From the NCBI GenBank assembly GCA_964016885.1, contig OZ024740.1, positions 393,080,001 through 393,144,000 of the forward strand: 64,000 bases of DNA, given 5' to 3'. The translations under genes and the position numbers were made by a program. The DNA is from Eledone cirrhosa. Its lineage: Eukaryota. The notes beneath the pieces are model-generated. The model was not told the origin of the DNA, did not search any database, and was given only the letters and a program-made list of their open reading frames with translations. Each line of letters opens with the position of its first letter. Position 1 is the first letter of the stretch. Shown piece by piece: positions 50,570 to 63,875 of this stretch.

Positions 50570-50865
50570 GATGCAACATTTTTGGAATGTTTTACATATT
50601 TTTTACTGTTCCATTAATGGATTGTACTTGTAATTTCCTAACTAGTTGTGTTCTTTCTGTTCCTGTGAAGCCTAGCTTCTCAAGATTTGTATTGAGACAG
50701 TTACTAACATATCCCAGTGCCCCAATAATCACAGACATAAATCTGAAGGTGTAATCAGGGTGGAGTATCTGCAGATTTCTCATCAGTTCTGCATAAATAT
50801 TCTCCTTTTCACTAATCTTTGATATTATATTGGCATCTGCTGGGCAGCTAATTTCCACTACTATG
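50570..50865 (-). mobile_element. R4/Dong-type RLE LINE extreme 3' fragment
   Basis: IVVEISCPAD...KENIYAEL...VIIGALG is an RLE C-terminus; starts at (TACA)n. Confidence 0.75.
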
Positions 50866-50934
50866 TATGTATGTATGTATGTATGTATGTATGTATGTAT
50901 GTATGTATGTATGTATGTATGTATGTATGTATGG

Positions 50935-51262
50935 TATCCAATGATGTTGACTTGTTCTTCTTTTTGGTAAATATCATCTTGGTTAAGAGAGTGGGACTGG
51001 CTTTGTGCAGTGCCTTTGCTCACTATAAAAGCTTCACGGCACAGGCATTGCTTTATATCTGGAGATCTCTCTGCACTTGTCGTCATATGGTACCATGGGC
51101 CCAGCACTATGTGTCAATAATTGTCACAAGTGTAGTGTTTGTACCAGAGTTTTCAAGTCACTGGCTGGACTAAAAAGTCACACTCGTTCAGCGTATCGGT
51201 AGGGGTTCTCCAACATGGATATAAAGTAGTGGCCGTACTCGAAAACGAGTTGGCAGCCACCA
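50935..51262 (+). mobile_element. SINE/LINE 3' fragment ending in a C2H2-type motif, in (TATG)n; related copy at ~51360-51715
   Basis: CSVCTRVFKSLAGLKSHTR then TGGCCGTACTCGAAAACGAG..GGCAGCCA; shares blocks with 51520-51712. Confidence 0.55.
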
Positions 51263-51910
51263 TGTATGTATGTATGTATGTATGTATGTATGTATGTATG
51301 TATGTATGTATGTATGTATATATATATATATATCTATATATATACACATACATATATATGCGCGGGGATATAGAAATAGTCAGGATGGACACCCGATCGC
51401 GCGGTTAAACCACTGGGAGTGAAGGGACCCCTAGCCTTTGTCAGGGCATTCTTCTAGGAGAAGGCAACTCAGGAAACTGGGATAACTCCGATATAAAACC
51501 TGCGGCTCAGTAGTTACCGATGATGTTGATCTTTTCTTCTTTTCGGGTTATAGCTACTGTCGCTCAGAGAGTGGGATTGGCTCAGTGCACAGTCTTTCCT
51601 CACTTTAAAAAATATCTTTACGCACAGGCATTGTATGATAGAATTAATTGATAACTATTAATAATGGTATATCATGCGATGGCCATACTCAATAACGAGG
51701 GGGCAGCCATCATATATATATAGGAAAAAGTATGACCCCGACGGCAGAGCTCAAGCCATTTCGACGGCTATTTCTAACCAGAAATAGCCATCGAAACGGC
51801 TTGAGCTCTGCCGTCGGGGTCATACTTTTTCCTATTACCCACTCTACTACCCTAAGTATTGAGTACTCTGGTGCGTTATGGTCCATCTGGTTCCTTCCTC
51901 AACTCCTTCG

Positions 51911-51944
<34 letters not shown>

Positions 51945-52133
51945 ATGTTGTGTGTACACTCTGGTTTTTAGAATAGGTACATTGAATTCCTGTGTGTTAT
52001 AAGAGGCAACTGAAGAAGTTATCATCAAGAAGGGCTGTAAAACATTGTCTCAAATCATCCCGTCCAAGCATAGAAAAGTGGACATAAAAACGATGATGAT
52101 GATATATAATATAAAGAAATGAAAATAACTTAC

Positions 52134-52232
52134 AACATGGAAGATAAAGGCAGTTGAAATTGTATACAGAAAAATATCAGCCCAATGTATATGAGGGACA
52201 ACTTTATTTTCAACACCTTTGAAATAAAGGAC
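52134..52232 (-). CDS. TMEM135: Transmembrane protein 135, internal exon
   Basis: 99 nt: VLYFKGVENKVVPHIHWADIFLYTISTAFIFHV, compare human [31 protein letters not shown]; cAG and gtaagt. Confidence 0.9.
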
Positions 52233-53734
52233 CTGTAATGAAAAACAATATAAGGTAAAAAACCTAACCACATATTCCTCTCACCTTTTCTACAATTCAT
52301 AATCTGTGATCCATTGAATTCATTTTCATGTATGCAGAAACTCACACATACAGACAGATGTACACACACACACAAACTCACACATGCACACACACTCAGA
52401 CAGACACACAGACTCACACACGCATGCACACACTCGTGTAAGTGTGTGTCAATAGATACATGTAGATAAATATTTTCTTTTGTTATAAGTAGTTACAATT
52501 TTTTCATGGAATGGATCTCCATCGATTTCGACGATAAGTGTTCCAGTTATTTGATCTGTGGAACAGCCTGCTCATGAAATTAACTTGTAAGTGACTGAGC
52601 ATTCCACAAACATGCACTCTTAACGTAATTCTCTAGGATATTCAGTGTAATGTGTAACAAGCCTGGCACATTGAATTACAGGTATAGACCATCCGACGGG
52701 CTTTCAACAGTCTACCGAATTTCACTCATATGTCATGGGTCAATCCGCAGCCCTAGTAAATGGCACTTACCCAAGCTGCTATGTATAGGATTGAAGCCGG
52801 ACAATGATTGTGAAATTAACTTCTTAACCATTATAGCATTATCGTATCCCGCCGAGGTTAACTTTGCCTTTCATCCTTATGGGGTCGATAAAATAAAGTA
52901 CTAGTAATACATTGGGTAATTGCTGGCCTTGTGCCAAAAGTAGAAACAATTATCGTACATACACTACAAGCGAATTTAAAGTAAGGGAAATAACTCATAT
53001 TTAAAAATTGTTAAATTATCACGGGAGAGAACTGCTACGAAATTTAAAATAACTAAACTATGGTATTAACATTTTTTTCTGTCTAATTTGCTAGATATTC
53101 TTAAATGTTCTGCTGCAAAATGCTAATTTTTATTTTTTCTAAATTACTAAAATCTACATGACCATTTAGAAAATGATAGGCAAATGAGAAACAAGTCTTT
53201 TTTCTCCTGAGTTTATAAAACAATCTGTCTGTGATAGATCAGCATATTTTTCTCCTGAACAATATGCTGATCTATCACAGACAGACTGTTTTATAAACTC
53301 ACAGTCAAGTCAATAAAATATGTGAAGAGACATGGCTTAGTGGTTAAAATGTTCGATTCACAATCGTATGGTCATGAGTTTGATTTCTGGTAGAACAATA
53401 TCCTTGAGCATGACACTTTATTTCAAATTGGTTCAGTCCACTCAGCTGGCAAATATGAATTGTACTAGTAAATTATAAGAACCAGTCGTGACACAAACTC
53501 TGTCACACTGAATCTCCCTGAGAACTATGTTTAAAGTGCATGTCTGTGGAACGCTTAGCCTCTTACAAGTTAATTTCATAAGTGGGCTGTTCTGTTGTTT
53601 GAACATATGAAACACTCCTCTTCGAAACTGACGTAGGATCAATAACAGTACCATGTAGCAACAAATTATGGATAGTTGAATACAACTAGGCCTCCACTAA
53701 ATCACTGGCCTGGTGATCAAATCAGAAACCATTA

Positions 53735-53922
53735 TGGATTGGCAGTATCGGTAGAGGGTTGGACGCCATGCTTTGACGCATAGAGTTACAGCCCTTGCCA
53801 TTCTGAGTTCAAATCCCGCCAAGGTTAACTTTGCCTTTCATCCTTACGGGGTCGATAAAATAAAGTACCAGTAATACACTGGATAATTGCTGGCCTTGTG
53901 CCAAAAGTAGAAACAATTATTA
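53735..53922 (+). mobile_element. SINE family A copy
   Basis: Near-identical to the reverse complement of 1450-1635. Confidence 0.78.
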
Positions 53923-53974
53923 TCATTGTCACTTTACCAACTGGACAACGGGACAAGAGGCCAGGAAATAACAC

Positions 53975-54315
53975 TAACTTTCTATAGGGGGTTAGTGGAA
54001 GGTATGAGAGATGATAGTCTGGGAGAGGCTCAGGTGTTGATGAGGACAGTCTGAACACACTCTACTGGAGGACATTCAAGTTGGCAATGCTAGAGAGGGG
54101 CTCTTCCAGTTCGAGACAAGCTCTACAGGCATGGAAGTGCCAACAGATTGACCTGTCTGAGATGCATACAAGGTGACAAAACGGTCCTGCATGCTATTGC
54201 CAACTGGTTATGCTGAGTTGTAGGCTTCTGTTGAACAGCTGCTAACACATATAATGTCCTGGGCCCTTGTGGCCAATAAAAGTAATTATTATTATCATCA
54301 TTATCATTATTATTG
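53975..54315 (+). mobile_element. Tx1-like LINE 3' remnant
   Basis: Aligns with 13420-13730 (GALPVRDKLYRHG region) and ends CCCTTGTGGCCAATAAA-(TTA)n. Confidence 0.75.
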
Positions 54316-54358
54316 TTGCTAATGTTGTTAATATTGTAATCATAACAAATTATATTAC

Positions 54359-54499
54359 CTGAAGAAGCTTCATAGCTAAATATAATGCCAAGGAAGAACT
54401 TTTATAACACAGCATGGACCATCCAGCTAAAAACCCAGCCACAAATCCATTTATATTGCTATCTTTTTTCCTAATCCATCGCAAGGCACAGTTTGTACT
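54359..54499 (-). CDS. TMEM135: Transmembrane protein 135, internal exon
   Basis: 141 nt: STNCALRWIRKKDSNINGFVAGFLAGWSMLCYKSSSLALYLAMKLLQ, compare human GTSCFLRWIRN...AGFLAGISMMFYKS; poly-T tract plus tAG, gtaa donor. Confidence 0.9.
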
Positions 54500-54503
54500 C
54501 TAC

Positions 54504-54546
<43 letters not shown>

Positions 54547-55043
54547 TAATAATAATAATGATAAATAAATAAATAAAATAAATAAATGAATAATAAATAT
54601 AAAATAATAAAAAACAACAACAATAAACAAATATTAGAGTAGAATTTCTTATATAATACAAGGTTAAAATCTTTAATCTATATTGGATTGAAGGTTTAAC
54701 ATAGTTTACAAAAATCAATAATGAAAGACCTGGACATACACATCTGTAGTTTGCACAGGATTATGAAAACGTAAAAAAAAGCAATATTCATCTCAGTTTA
54801 TTTTGTGTAATCTAGGTGTATATCCCACCTCCACTATCTCTTATAATCTTGTATGTTGTCCAAATTCGAATTATAAACAGCAATCTCAATGTAAAGCAGA
54901 CAAAACTTCAGTCGTAAGATGGTTACCTAAATGTAGATTATGCAACATAAAATGAAACTAAATTATACAATCTAAAATATATAGTTTTGAATAGATTTAT
55001 ATATATTATTAGCCTAAGTGTAGATTAAATATGTCGGAAGTAT

Positions 55044-55272
55044 TTAACCCTTGAGCATTTAAACCAGCTGTACCCGGCCAGAATTCTCTTACCTCTTTCT
55101 ACTCAAATTGGCCATATCTGGCTGCTCATACAGATGTTAAGGTATTGATCTCAAAATAAATATCATCAAATTCTTATAGATTCGATATTATGTGAGATAG
55201 TTATGTGAGATAATACCTTTACCACAAAAATACAATAATATATATTGAGTAATGTAAATGCTAAAGGGCTAA
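55044..55272. mobile_element. piggyBac-like MITE copy
   Basis: TTAA-CCCTTGAGCATTTA ... TAAATGCTAAAGGG-CTAA. Confidence 0.7.
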
Positions 55273-58149
55273 CATAGATTTTATCAGCCCAAAATTCCAT
55301 TGTATTTTCAGTCCATGAAAGATGAATAGAATCTAAATTAGATATAGTTTCAAATGATAAAATGGAATAGTCAGAGCTAGAACAAAACATTAGTAGACAA
55401 ATAAAGTAATAAGGATTCTTCACCTAAGCACATTTAATGGTGGTGATAAAGATAATGAATTAAATTGACCCCGGAGGTATTTGGACTAAGAATAACCAAA
55501 TACATCAAGACATTTTATTCCCTGATTTTATAAATCTATCACTCACACAAAATAATGATTTCATTTGAGCACAGGGTCAGAAATTTGTAGGATCGGAAAA
55601 GTCAATTATACAAACTCCAGTTCTTTACTGGTAACTATTTTATCAACCCCGAAAGGATGAAAGGCAAAGTTAAACTCAGAACATAAAGAAATGGAACAAA
55701 TACTGCTAAGTGTTTGTCTGATGCTTGAATGACTCTGCCATTCCACCACCCTACCCTCTCAAAATAATAATGACAAGTAGTATGAATGAACCTGGGTTTA
55801 GATTATTATATAAAACTCTAATTTGATCAAATCACCTGCTGAAACTCAACAGCACCAAATTTAATGTTAAATTCTTGTAAAATAAAAAAAAAAAAAGAAA
55901 TAGAAAAAAATACTGCCATAATTTGCATTGCTTGAAATGTCAAATTACAACCTGATTGAACATTGTACTGGCAAAGTTTAACCTAAGTTTGTACTTTCAT
56001 TAAAAAAACATTCATAATTATAGATAGCAGTATGAAACTCTGTGCTAGAGAATTGAGGAATAACAAAAATCCTCCTCCTCATCCTCCAGCACACCCGTGT
56101 TCCACCAGTTCTGTTCCTTCTTCACCCCCCCCCCCCCCCCCCCCAGCACACCTTACTTCTACCTGCCGTGTTCCTTCATCATCTCTGTGAAGTTTAGTGA
56201 TTTGAGATCAGCTCTCACCATTTCAGCTCTAATTGTCTTTGACCTGACTTTCTTCTGAATTTCTCTTCCACAGCTTCCCTACACTGTGATTGATTGGCAC
56301 CTTCACTCAAGATCATCATCCATATTCATCATATATCCCATACCAGTGTAATCTCTTTGGTATGTAATATCTGATTTCTCGTATGTCTAGTTTTTCTTTC
56401 AATTCCTCTGTGCTTCATACTTCATGCAAACTAATATTACATATATAATGTTTTGGAGCAGAGAACTCTTATGACACTGGGTCCTCAGTTTGCAGATAAA
56501 GGAACGGCCTTTAGATATGAAGGTTAGCTGCAAATATATAGAATAATCAGTCCTAGACCAAATCTCAGGCTACTACAATATTTCTGCTAATAGAAAACAT
56601 GACTGGTATAACCACAGCTCAATGGTTAGAACCAATGATTTTCTGTCCCTGCATGATCCTGAAGAAGGCTCAACTTCTCCCAGTGAAGATGTCATTCTAA
56701 ATCCAACTGGACGAGCATCTTCTGATATCAGAACCAAGAGGGGACTATCTCAACAAAAAAGACCATACACTTTTGGCTCTGTAAACTGCTGTTTATTCAC
56801 ATCTTACTTTTCTCATGAGGAGTTCAACAAGCATATCAACATCTATAACATTGCAATTGTATATATTCAAGAACACTAATCTATCCTCAAAGAAAACTGT
56901 TGTTATAAGCTGCTATTCATGTGCCAGAAGAGGAAGTAGAACAGGTTTACCATCAGCTGAGTGCCACTGTTTCTGAAATACTCCCACATGAGATTTCAAT
57001 GTGCAAATTAGAAACACATTTTCATATTACCAAAGTACTAACAGAAACAGCATAGTTCTAGAAGAGTTTCTACATCAACATCATTTCCTAGCTGGGAAGA
57101 CCATCTTTCAGAAACCGAAATGGAAACTGTTGACACTCCTTCCCTTGATCCAGCTGTAAGATGAGAGAGCTTTACCAGAACTTAACTGATACTTTCTTTT
57201 TGACTCCAACATTTTGAAAGGCAAAGTGGACCATGAAGAGATTTGAATTTAGAGTGCAAAGAACTGGAACAAATATCCAATGCTCTAACAACTCCTCCAA
57301 ATCAAACACATACATATATAAGGTCTGTAAAAAAAGTATCTGACTATTGACTGGAGAAAAAATACATACTTGGTGGGTTTCAATTACTAATTCTCTTCAA
57401 AGGAATAGGGATTTGATGAGTAAGTGAAATGCTTTTCTTGGCCAAGATAGCTACCAGTTTTGCAAGGCCTACAGACAGTCTCTTGCACTGAACTGCATCA
57501 CAAAGATGGAGAACTTCCTGATAGTACTTATTTGTCATTCTTGTGTGTATTCATGATGCTTAACACCTCAGTAGTTGAAGAAAATGGTCAGCATTACCTT
57601 TATTTTGCTTTGCACTTGATGTGCTATTTTGATGTTAGCTGTCTCATCTCCAGTTATCTGGGTATTCAGGAACTCAAGATACTTGTTAGCAGTATCAGGC
57701 AAAATAAAATGTGACAAGTAAGTAGTACGGCACCTCACATATATATCTGACAAATACAGAGAGCTTGCCAAAAACCACAAATGTGCACAAATGATGTATC
57801 CAGCAGGCTTCCATACAATTTCTGTTAACAAAGCATTGGTAAGCCTAAGTTTATAGTAAAAGACACTACCTCAAAGTGCCATGCAGTGGGATTAAACCCA
57901 AAGCCACATAGCCATACCTGTGCTTACAAATATGAAATATCTAAAATATTTTTAAAAAAAATGAAAAAAAAAAAAAAATGAAAAAAAGAAAATGAAAAAA
58001 AAAAATGAAAAAAAAAAATGAAAAAAAAAATGAAAAAAAAAAAAAAAGTAAAAAAAAAAACAACAAAAGGAATGCTCAACAAATAGAAAGAGATTAAATA
58101 AAATTAATTTTAAAAGGATTAAAAACAAAACAAAACAAAACTAACTTAC

Positions 58150-58317
58150 TCGAAAAACTGCAGAAAATAATCCTAGAAAAGCTCCAAGTTTGAAATTATT
58201 TGGATGACGGAGAATTTGGAAAAATAGGGTGGGTTTTCGCAAAATTTGAATCAATTTTGGAAATAATTTGAGAACCACTTGAAAACCATAGCCAACTCCA
58301 GCCATTTTGCAGAATCC
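58150..58317 (-). CDS. TMEM135: Transmembrane protein 135, internal exon (upstream exons not found in window)
   Basis: AG/GTAAGT-bounded 168 nt: GFCKMAGVGYGFQVVLK...NNFKLGAFLGLFSAVFR, aligns with recalled human GFIRMFSVGY...ENFQLGAFLGSFVSIYK. Confidence 0.88.
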
Positions 58318-58402
58318 CTAAACATAATAAAAGCAAAAACAATTTATAAGGTTAATCAAGAAAAGAAAATTGTCTTTTAGATATAATATTCTTTTATTCA
58401 GT

Positions 58403-58534
58403 TAGTTAACTGTGGTCATACTGTGTCTGGTACTTATTTTATCACATAGTTAACTGTGGTCATACTGTGTCTGGTACTTATTTTATCACATAGTTAACTG
58501 TGGTCATACTGTGTCTGGTACTTATTTTATCACA
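58403..58534. repeat. Tandem repeat, 3 x 44 bp
   Basis: TAGTTAACTGTGGTCATACTGTGTCTGGTACTTATTTTATCACA repeated three times without spacers. Confidence 0.9.
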
Positions 58535-58876
58535 CTTCATAAAGTAGAAACACAAATTCAGTCTGAGCATGCAGGTACATGGTTCTTCGGAACCAAACAC
58601 TAAAAGCTATTTTTGTTCAATACCTGAGTTATACCATATCGTTAAAAGGTTGCTTTATATGCTGGCAAATATGGTATGTGTGTGTGTATATATATATATA
58701 TACACCCAGCCCACACTGTCAATGTGGTTGGCGTTAGGAAGGGCATCCAGCCGTAGAAAACCAGCCAGAAACGCTCCTCTATGAGTGAGACATGATCACC
58801 CGACGCAACTTACCTCTAAATGGAACAAACCCATCTAACCCATGCTAGCGTGGAAGATAGATGATGATAATGATAT

Positions 58877-60460
58877 CATCATCATCATCATCATCATCGT
58901 TTAACGTCCGTGTTCCACGCTTGCATGGGTTTGGACGGGAGTTTTCCCACTTGAGGCAAGAATGGTTGTCTTGCTCGCATAGGACTGTCTGGCAGGTTTT
59001 CTACAGCTGGATGCTCTTCCTAACACCAACCACATTTACAGTGTGGGACTGGGAGGTTTTTACCGTGTTGCCTACACGGCCACATTACAGCGTGGACTGT
59101 GTGTTTTTTTTGTCGTGGCACCTACACGATCTCATTTGTTTCGGCCTGGATGGTGTGGCACCAACATAACTTTACATTGAAAGGGGCGGCGTGGATGGGG
59201 TGGGGGTGGTGGGACGGGGGTGTATTTTGTTAGAGATGCCTACTGACTGTAGTAGGTTTTACTTTGTATTTAGGTAAGGCGGGTCTTCTCTATTACTGAG
59301 TAGCGCCAAAGATCTCGGTCCAGTGACATTGTCTTGGAGAGGCATAAGTGTGTGAGGTCGGAATTTATCAGGTCGTCCCAGGTTTTTCTGGGTCTGCCTA
59401 CTCCGTGGCTACCATCTATCTTTATTGCCCTGCACTATTTTATATAGCTGTCGTCTTTCATGCGCATCACGTGACCATACCAACGTAGCCTTCTCTCGAG
59501 TAAACAACATCTGATCCCTCTTATTTCTAATTTTTCCCTTAGTTCGTTTATGCTTTGCCGTTCACATATATTACTATTACACATCCAGCGGAGCATGCAA
59601 GCTTCGTTCCTCTCTAGTCTGCGTATATCCTCTGCACACAATGCCCAGGTCTCACTGCCATGCAACATTGCTGTTCGTATGCAGGCATCATACAGCCTCC
59701 CTTTCATTTTCAGGGAGAACCCTTTAGCGGCTAATAGTGGTATAAGCTCTCTGAACTTTTTCCATCCAGTTCTCACTCTAGCTACTGTACTTTCCGAGCA
59801 CCCTCCCCCACTGCTGATTTTGTCACCCAGGTAACGGAAGCTGTCCACTATTTTTATAGAACCCTCTGCGCAATTGAAAGAGCTAGTATTTTGTGGGCAC
59901 TTGCTGCTACTTATTGCACCAGAGCACCGGCCACATGTAAAATCTATGTTCTTAGTTAGCTTACCTGTGATCCCACTACATCTTTTATGCACCCATACTT
60001 TGCATTTGGGATATAAAATGGAGTTTCTACCTACGCCTTTCCTACACACTGAGCATGGCCATTTCCCGGAAGGGACCGGCGCCTTATTTTCTGTCCTACA
60101 AACTAGAACTTTAGTCTTAGCCAGGTTAATTTTAAGGCCTTTTGATTTAGGCCGTGCTTCCATGTTTAGAATTTCTTCTCTAGCTCGGCCATTGATTCAG
60201 CTATGAGCGTTAGATCATCTGCATATAGGAGTTCCCATGGGCAGCCGGTCTTGAACTCCTCTGTTATAGCCTGAAGGGCAATAATAAATAGTAGGGGGCT
60301 AAGAACAGAGCCCTGATGGACACCAACTTTTACGCTAAACTCTTCACTATATTCATTGTTAATTCTAACCGTGCTGACTGTTTCTTTATACATGGCTTGT
60401 ATAGCTCTCACAAGCCATTCATCAACACCTAGTTTTCTAAGAGCCCACCAGATAATGGAA
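58877..60460 (-). mobile_element. 5'-truncated RTE LINE, same subfamily as 44270-47745
   Basis: Very similar to 44270-45870; frameshift near 60147; (GAT)n tail; 5' end abuts (TA)n. Confidence 0.92.
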
Positions 60461-61773
60461 TATATATATATATATATACACAAATGTGAGGAATCAAAAC
60501 ATATCAAATGTTAGATTTTTTCACTTCTCAATAAACAAGCTCAATAGACTTTATCCAGAGCCATAGTAATTCAAATGTAAAAGATATATGTATATATATA
60601 TATATAGAGAGAAAGGACCATATATCCAAGATAATACACAATATATTGTATATATACAAAGCACATATTCAAAGAGAAATGTATGGTTGTTTCTATCTCT
60701 GTTATATACATATATCCTTTACATCTGAATTATATATATGTATATTAATATAATGTGGAAAGTGATACATGTAAGAAGGCTAAAATAATGCAAAATGGAT
60801 GGTAAGATGAAGGCAACAAAAAAGTTAGTTACCTGGTAATCTTAGTTTTGTGGGTTTTTTTTTTCCATTTTAATACTTCGGGACTTAAAATTACCTTCGT
60901 CAGAGTATAGGGAACTATCAGAGAAAAACGTTCTGACTTGTCTTACAATGGGACAACTTGTCTAACCCATGCTAGCATGGAAAAATGGACGTTAGATGAT
61001 ATATATATATATATATATATACAGCTTTATTTTTGCTTGGTTGCTACAGCTGGATGTCTTTCCTATTGCCAATCACTTTACAGAGTGTACCAGGTGCATT
61101 TTTATGGCACCAGCACTATAGAGATTATTGTCCAATGACTGAAGAGTTCACCCAACCCTTTTTAACCAGCTTTTCTACAATGGAAGCAGATCCTAACAGA
61201 ATATACTTAGTATATAACTTTACAGAATATACTTGGCACTTTTCATAATGTCATCATTCATATATATTCATCTGAAAGATTTCTGTAGAGTTTCCAACTA
61301 ACAAATTCCCCTTATGTAATTTTCTTTGCCCTGACGCTATGGTAGAAAACATTTGAACAATGGGAGGCCAAACCAAAAAGAAATGATAGTGAAGCAAGCC
61401 TCTTAACCATGCAGCCATGATGATATCCATATAAAAGAAAATAAATCTAGAAAACTATATGATTACATATTTTGAATTATTAGCTATGTTGCTGAAAAAA
61501 CAACAAAAAAAGTTATATTTTGAAAACTTTTTAGGAGTGTCCTACTCACTCATAACTTTAATTGAGTTGTAAAAATAGTTTATATTCAATCATTATCTTT
61601 ACAAGATCAATGCTTTTATAAAGCTATTATAACATTTATGATTATAAATATTGAATTATTGATTGTTATATATATATATATATATGTGTGTGTATTCTCT
61701 CTCTCTCTCTCTATATATATATATACATACATACACACACACACACATTATATATATATATATATATATATAT

Positions 61774-61777
<4 letters not shown>

Positions 61778-61850
<73 letters not shown>
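61778..61850. repeat. (GA)n microsatellite within a compound (TA)/(CA)/(GA) tract
   Basis: Direct reading; similar compound tracts at 708-840, 39405-39557, 41975-42095 and (TATG)n at 50863-50932. Confidence 0.95.
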
Positions 61851-61854
<4 letters not shown>

Positions 61855-62239
61855 GCTGTCGGGTCTTGACTCTTTATAATATATATATATACACGTTTGA
61901 GTGTGTGTGTGTGAGTTAGTGTTTGTTTCTGTGTATGTGTCTATATATATTTACATGTATGTATGTGCATATATATATAGATATTAATATGAATGTATAC
62001 ATAAATATGTATGTCTTCATTTATCTTTCTTATTGGCTTCAGTTATTGGAATTTGGTAGTGATGATGCACTGCCTTCAAAGGTTTATGCAATCATATCAA
62101 CCCTAGCACTTATCTTTAAGTCTGGTACTTATTTTATTGATCTCTATTTATTGACTTGCTAGGTTCCAGGAGAAACAACAGTACCAGTTTTCGAGTGATG
62201 CAAATGTAAGCACACACTCAAATGCAAACAAACACAAAA

Positions 62240-62515
62240 CATTTTTTCATGCTCAAAGTTGCTGAAGCATGGAACAAACTACCTGCATCAATTATTAGCT
62301 GTCGAGACACTGCATCCTTTAAAACCTCCATGCTTCCTGAGATTTGCCAACACTACACCTGATATCCCCCCTCCATACACACCCACACATGCATTTCATG
62401 ACTCATACACTGTTCATTTTCCTGGCATTTGTACATTATTCTATGTACTATACATGCATCTTTGATGTGTTGTAGTGCACCTGAGTAATGTACACAATAA
62501 TTTTATTATTATTAT
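62240..62515 (+). mobile_element. CR1 LINE 3' end, second copy
   Basis: Matches 22698-22980. Confidence 0.8.
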
Positions 62516-63627
62516 ATACACACACGTATACTTCCATCTGCCAAATTTCACTCACAAGGCATTGGTCAATCCAAGGATCTAGTAGAGGACACTACATACT
62601 CCATTTGTTCCATTTCATCTTGTTATGAGGAGATGGTACTATTGGGGAGGTCTTGACTTCCTGATTACTTACTCCTTGCACTGCGATAAGGCAAATTATT
62701 TAACCACCCTTGAAGCTGTGATTGGTGGTGTTTTGGAAATAGCAGTGTCTGAGTCCTGTTGCTATTTCTCCTTCCCTACCTTTCCAGCTCAAATCATTCT
62801 TACTGTTGCATGTATAATGGCTAGGCTTTCTGCCTAGCACCACTGGTTGAATTGCTTTTCTTCCTGCTTTTAGGATAAAGCACAGCTCCAGAGTGGCTCT
62901 GTTATCATGGGGGAAGGTGAAATATTAGTATCTGTATGTTTATGCAGAGCCCACCTGGTTATATGTCATTTTTGGTCATCTCAGCATTCATAGTATACTT
63001 GGAGTATATCACAAAAGGTTATGATGAGCCTGGTATCAACAACTCAACTGACATCCTTGGTTGTGACTGTTGTATTATGCTTCCACATACTGTGGCACCA
63101 GCCTATGAGCAGGTGTATGGTTCACCAGCTTGGCTCGCTGTCTTGCTGCAGAGTTAGTTTACAAAACCTAGCACACTCCTCTATATAACATTCCGTGGTC
63201 AATGGCAAAGACAATGACTAATAATTTTTTTAATTATCTCCCTTTGAAGGAACACAGGAAGTTCTTCTTTAGCAAATCAAAGGTATGTCACTTTTCTCTG
63301 CACATTTTTATATTAATAACTAACAGAATGGCCTGGTGTTGCTCGGGATTTTCTAGGGTTCTTATATATTTGATATATATTTATCCTTATCGAGTCTCGT
63401 GAAATAAATGCGTTTGTTTATATTTTGTTATTGTGTATGCAAAAATATCTGTACACAAATATATAATTATATTTATATATATATATATATTAAAATAACA
63501 GATTAAAGTTTAAGCAAAGAATTGCTGCTTTCACCCTTAACGGGATCTTCTGAAACTAAAAAAGTCAATCTGTGACAGCAGAAGTAAGTATTTCGAAAAA
63601 CGTTACACACACTATATATATATATAT

Positions 63628-63875
63628 ATCATCATCATTATCATCATCATCGTTTAACGTCCATCTTCCACGCTTGCATGGGTTTGGATGGGAGTTTTCC
63701 CACTTGAGGCAAGATTGGTTGTCCTGCTCGTATAGGACTGTCTGGCGGGTTTTCTACGGCTGGATGGCCTTCCTAACACCAACCACGTTTACAGTGTGGA
63801 CAGGTTTTTACCGTGTTACCTACACGGCCACATTACAGCGTGGACTGTGTGTTTTTTTGTCATGACACCTACACG
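63628..63875 (-). mobile_element. RTE 3'-UTR fragment in (TA)n
   Basis: Matches 58877-59130; ACACACTATATATATATATA on both sides. Confidence 0.8.

Noticed and set aside
58403-58534. Three identical 44-bp units resembling a CRISPR array
   Set aside because: No spacers, no cas genes, eukaryotic intron; a simple tandem duplication
63515-63556. Hammerhead-like CAGAAGA-TCCC..GGGT-GAAA on -
   Set aside because: Core mutated (CAG for CTG) and no stem I or stem III pairing
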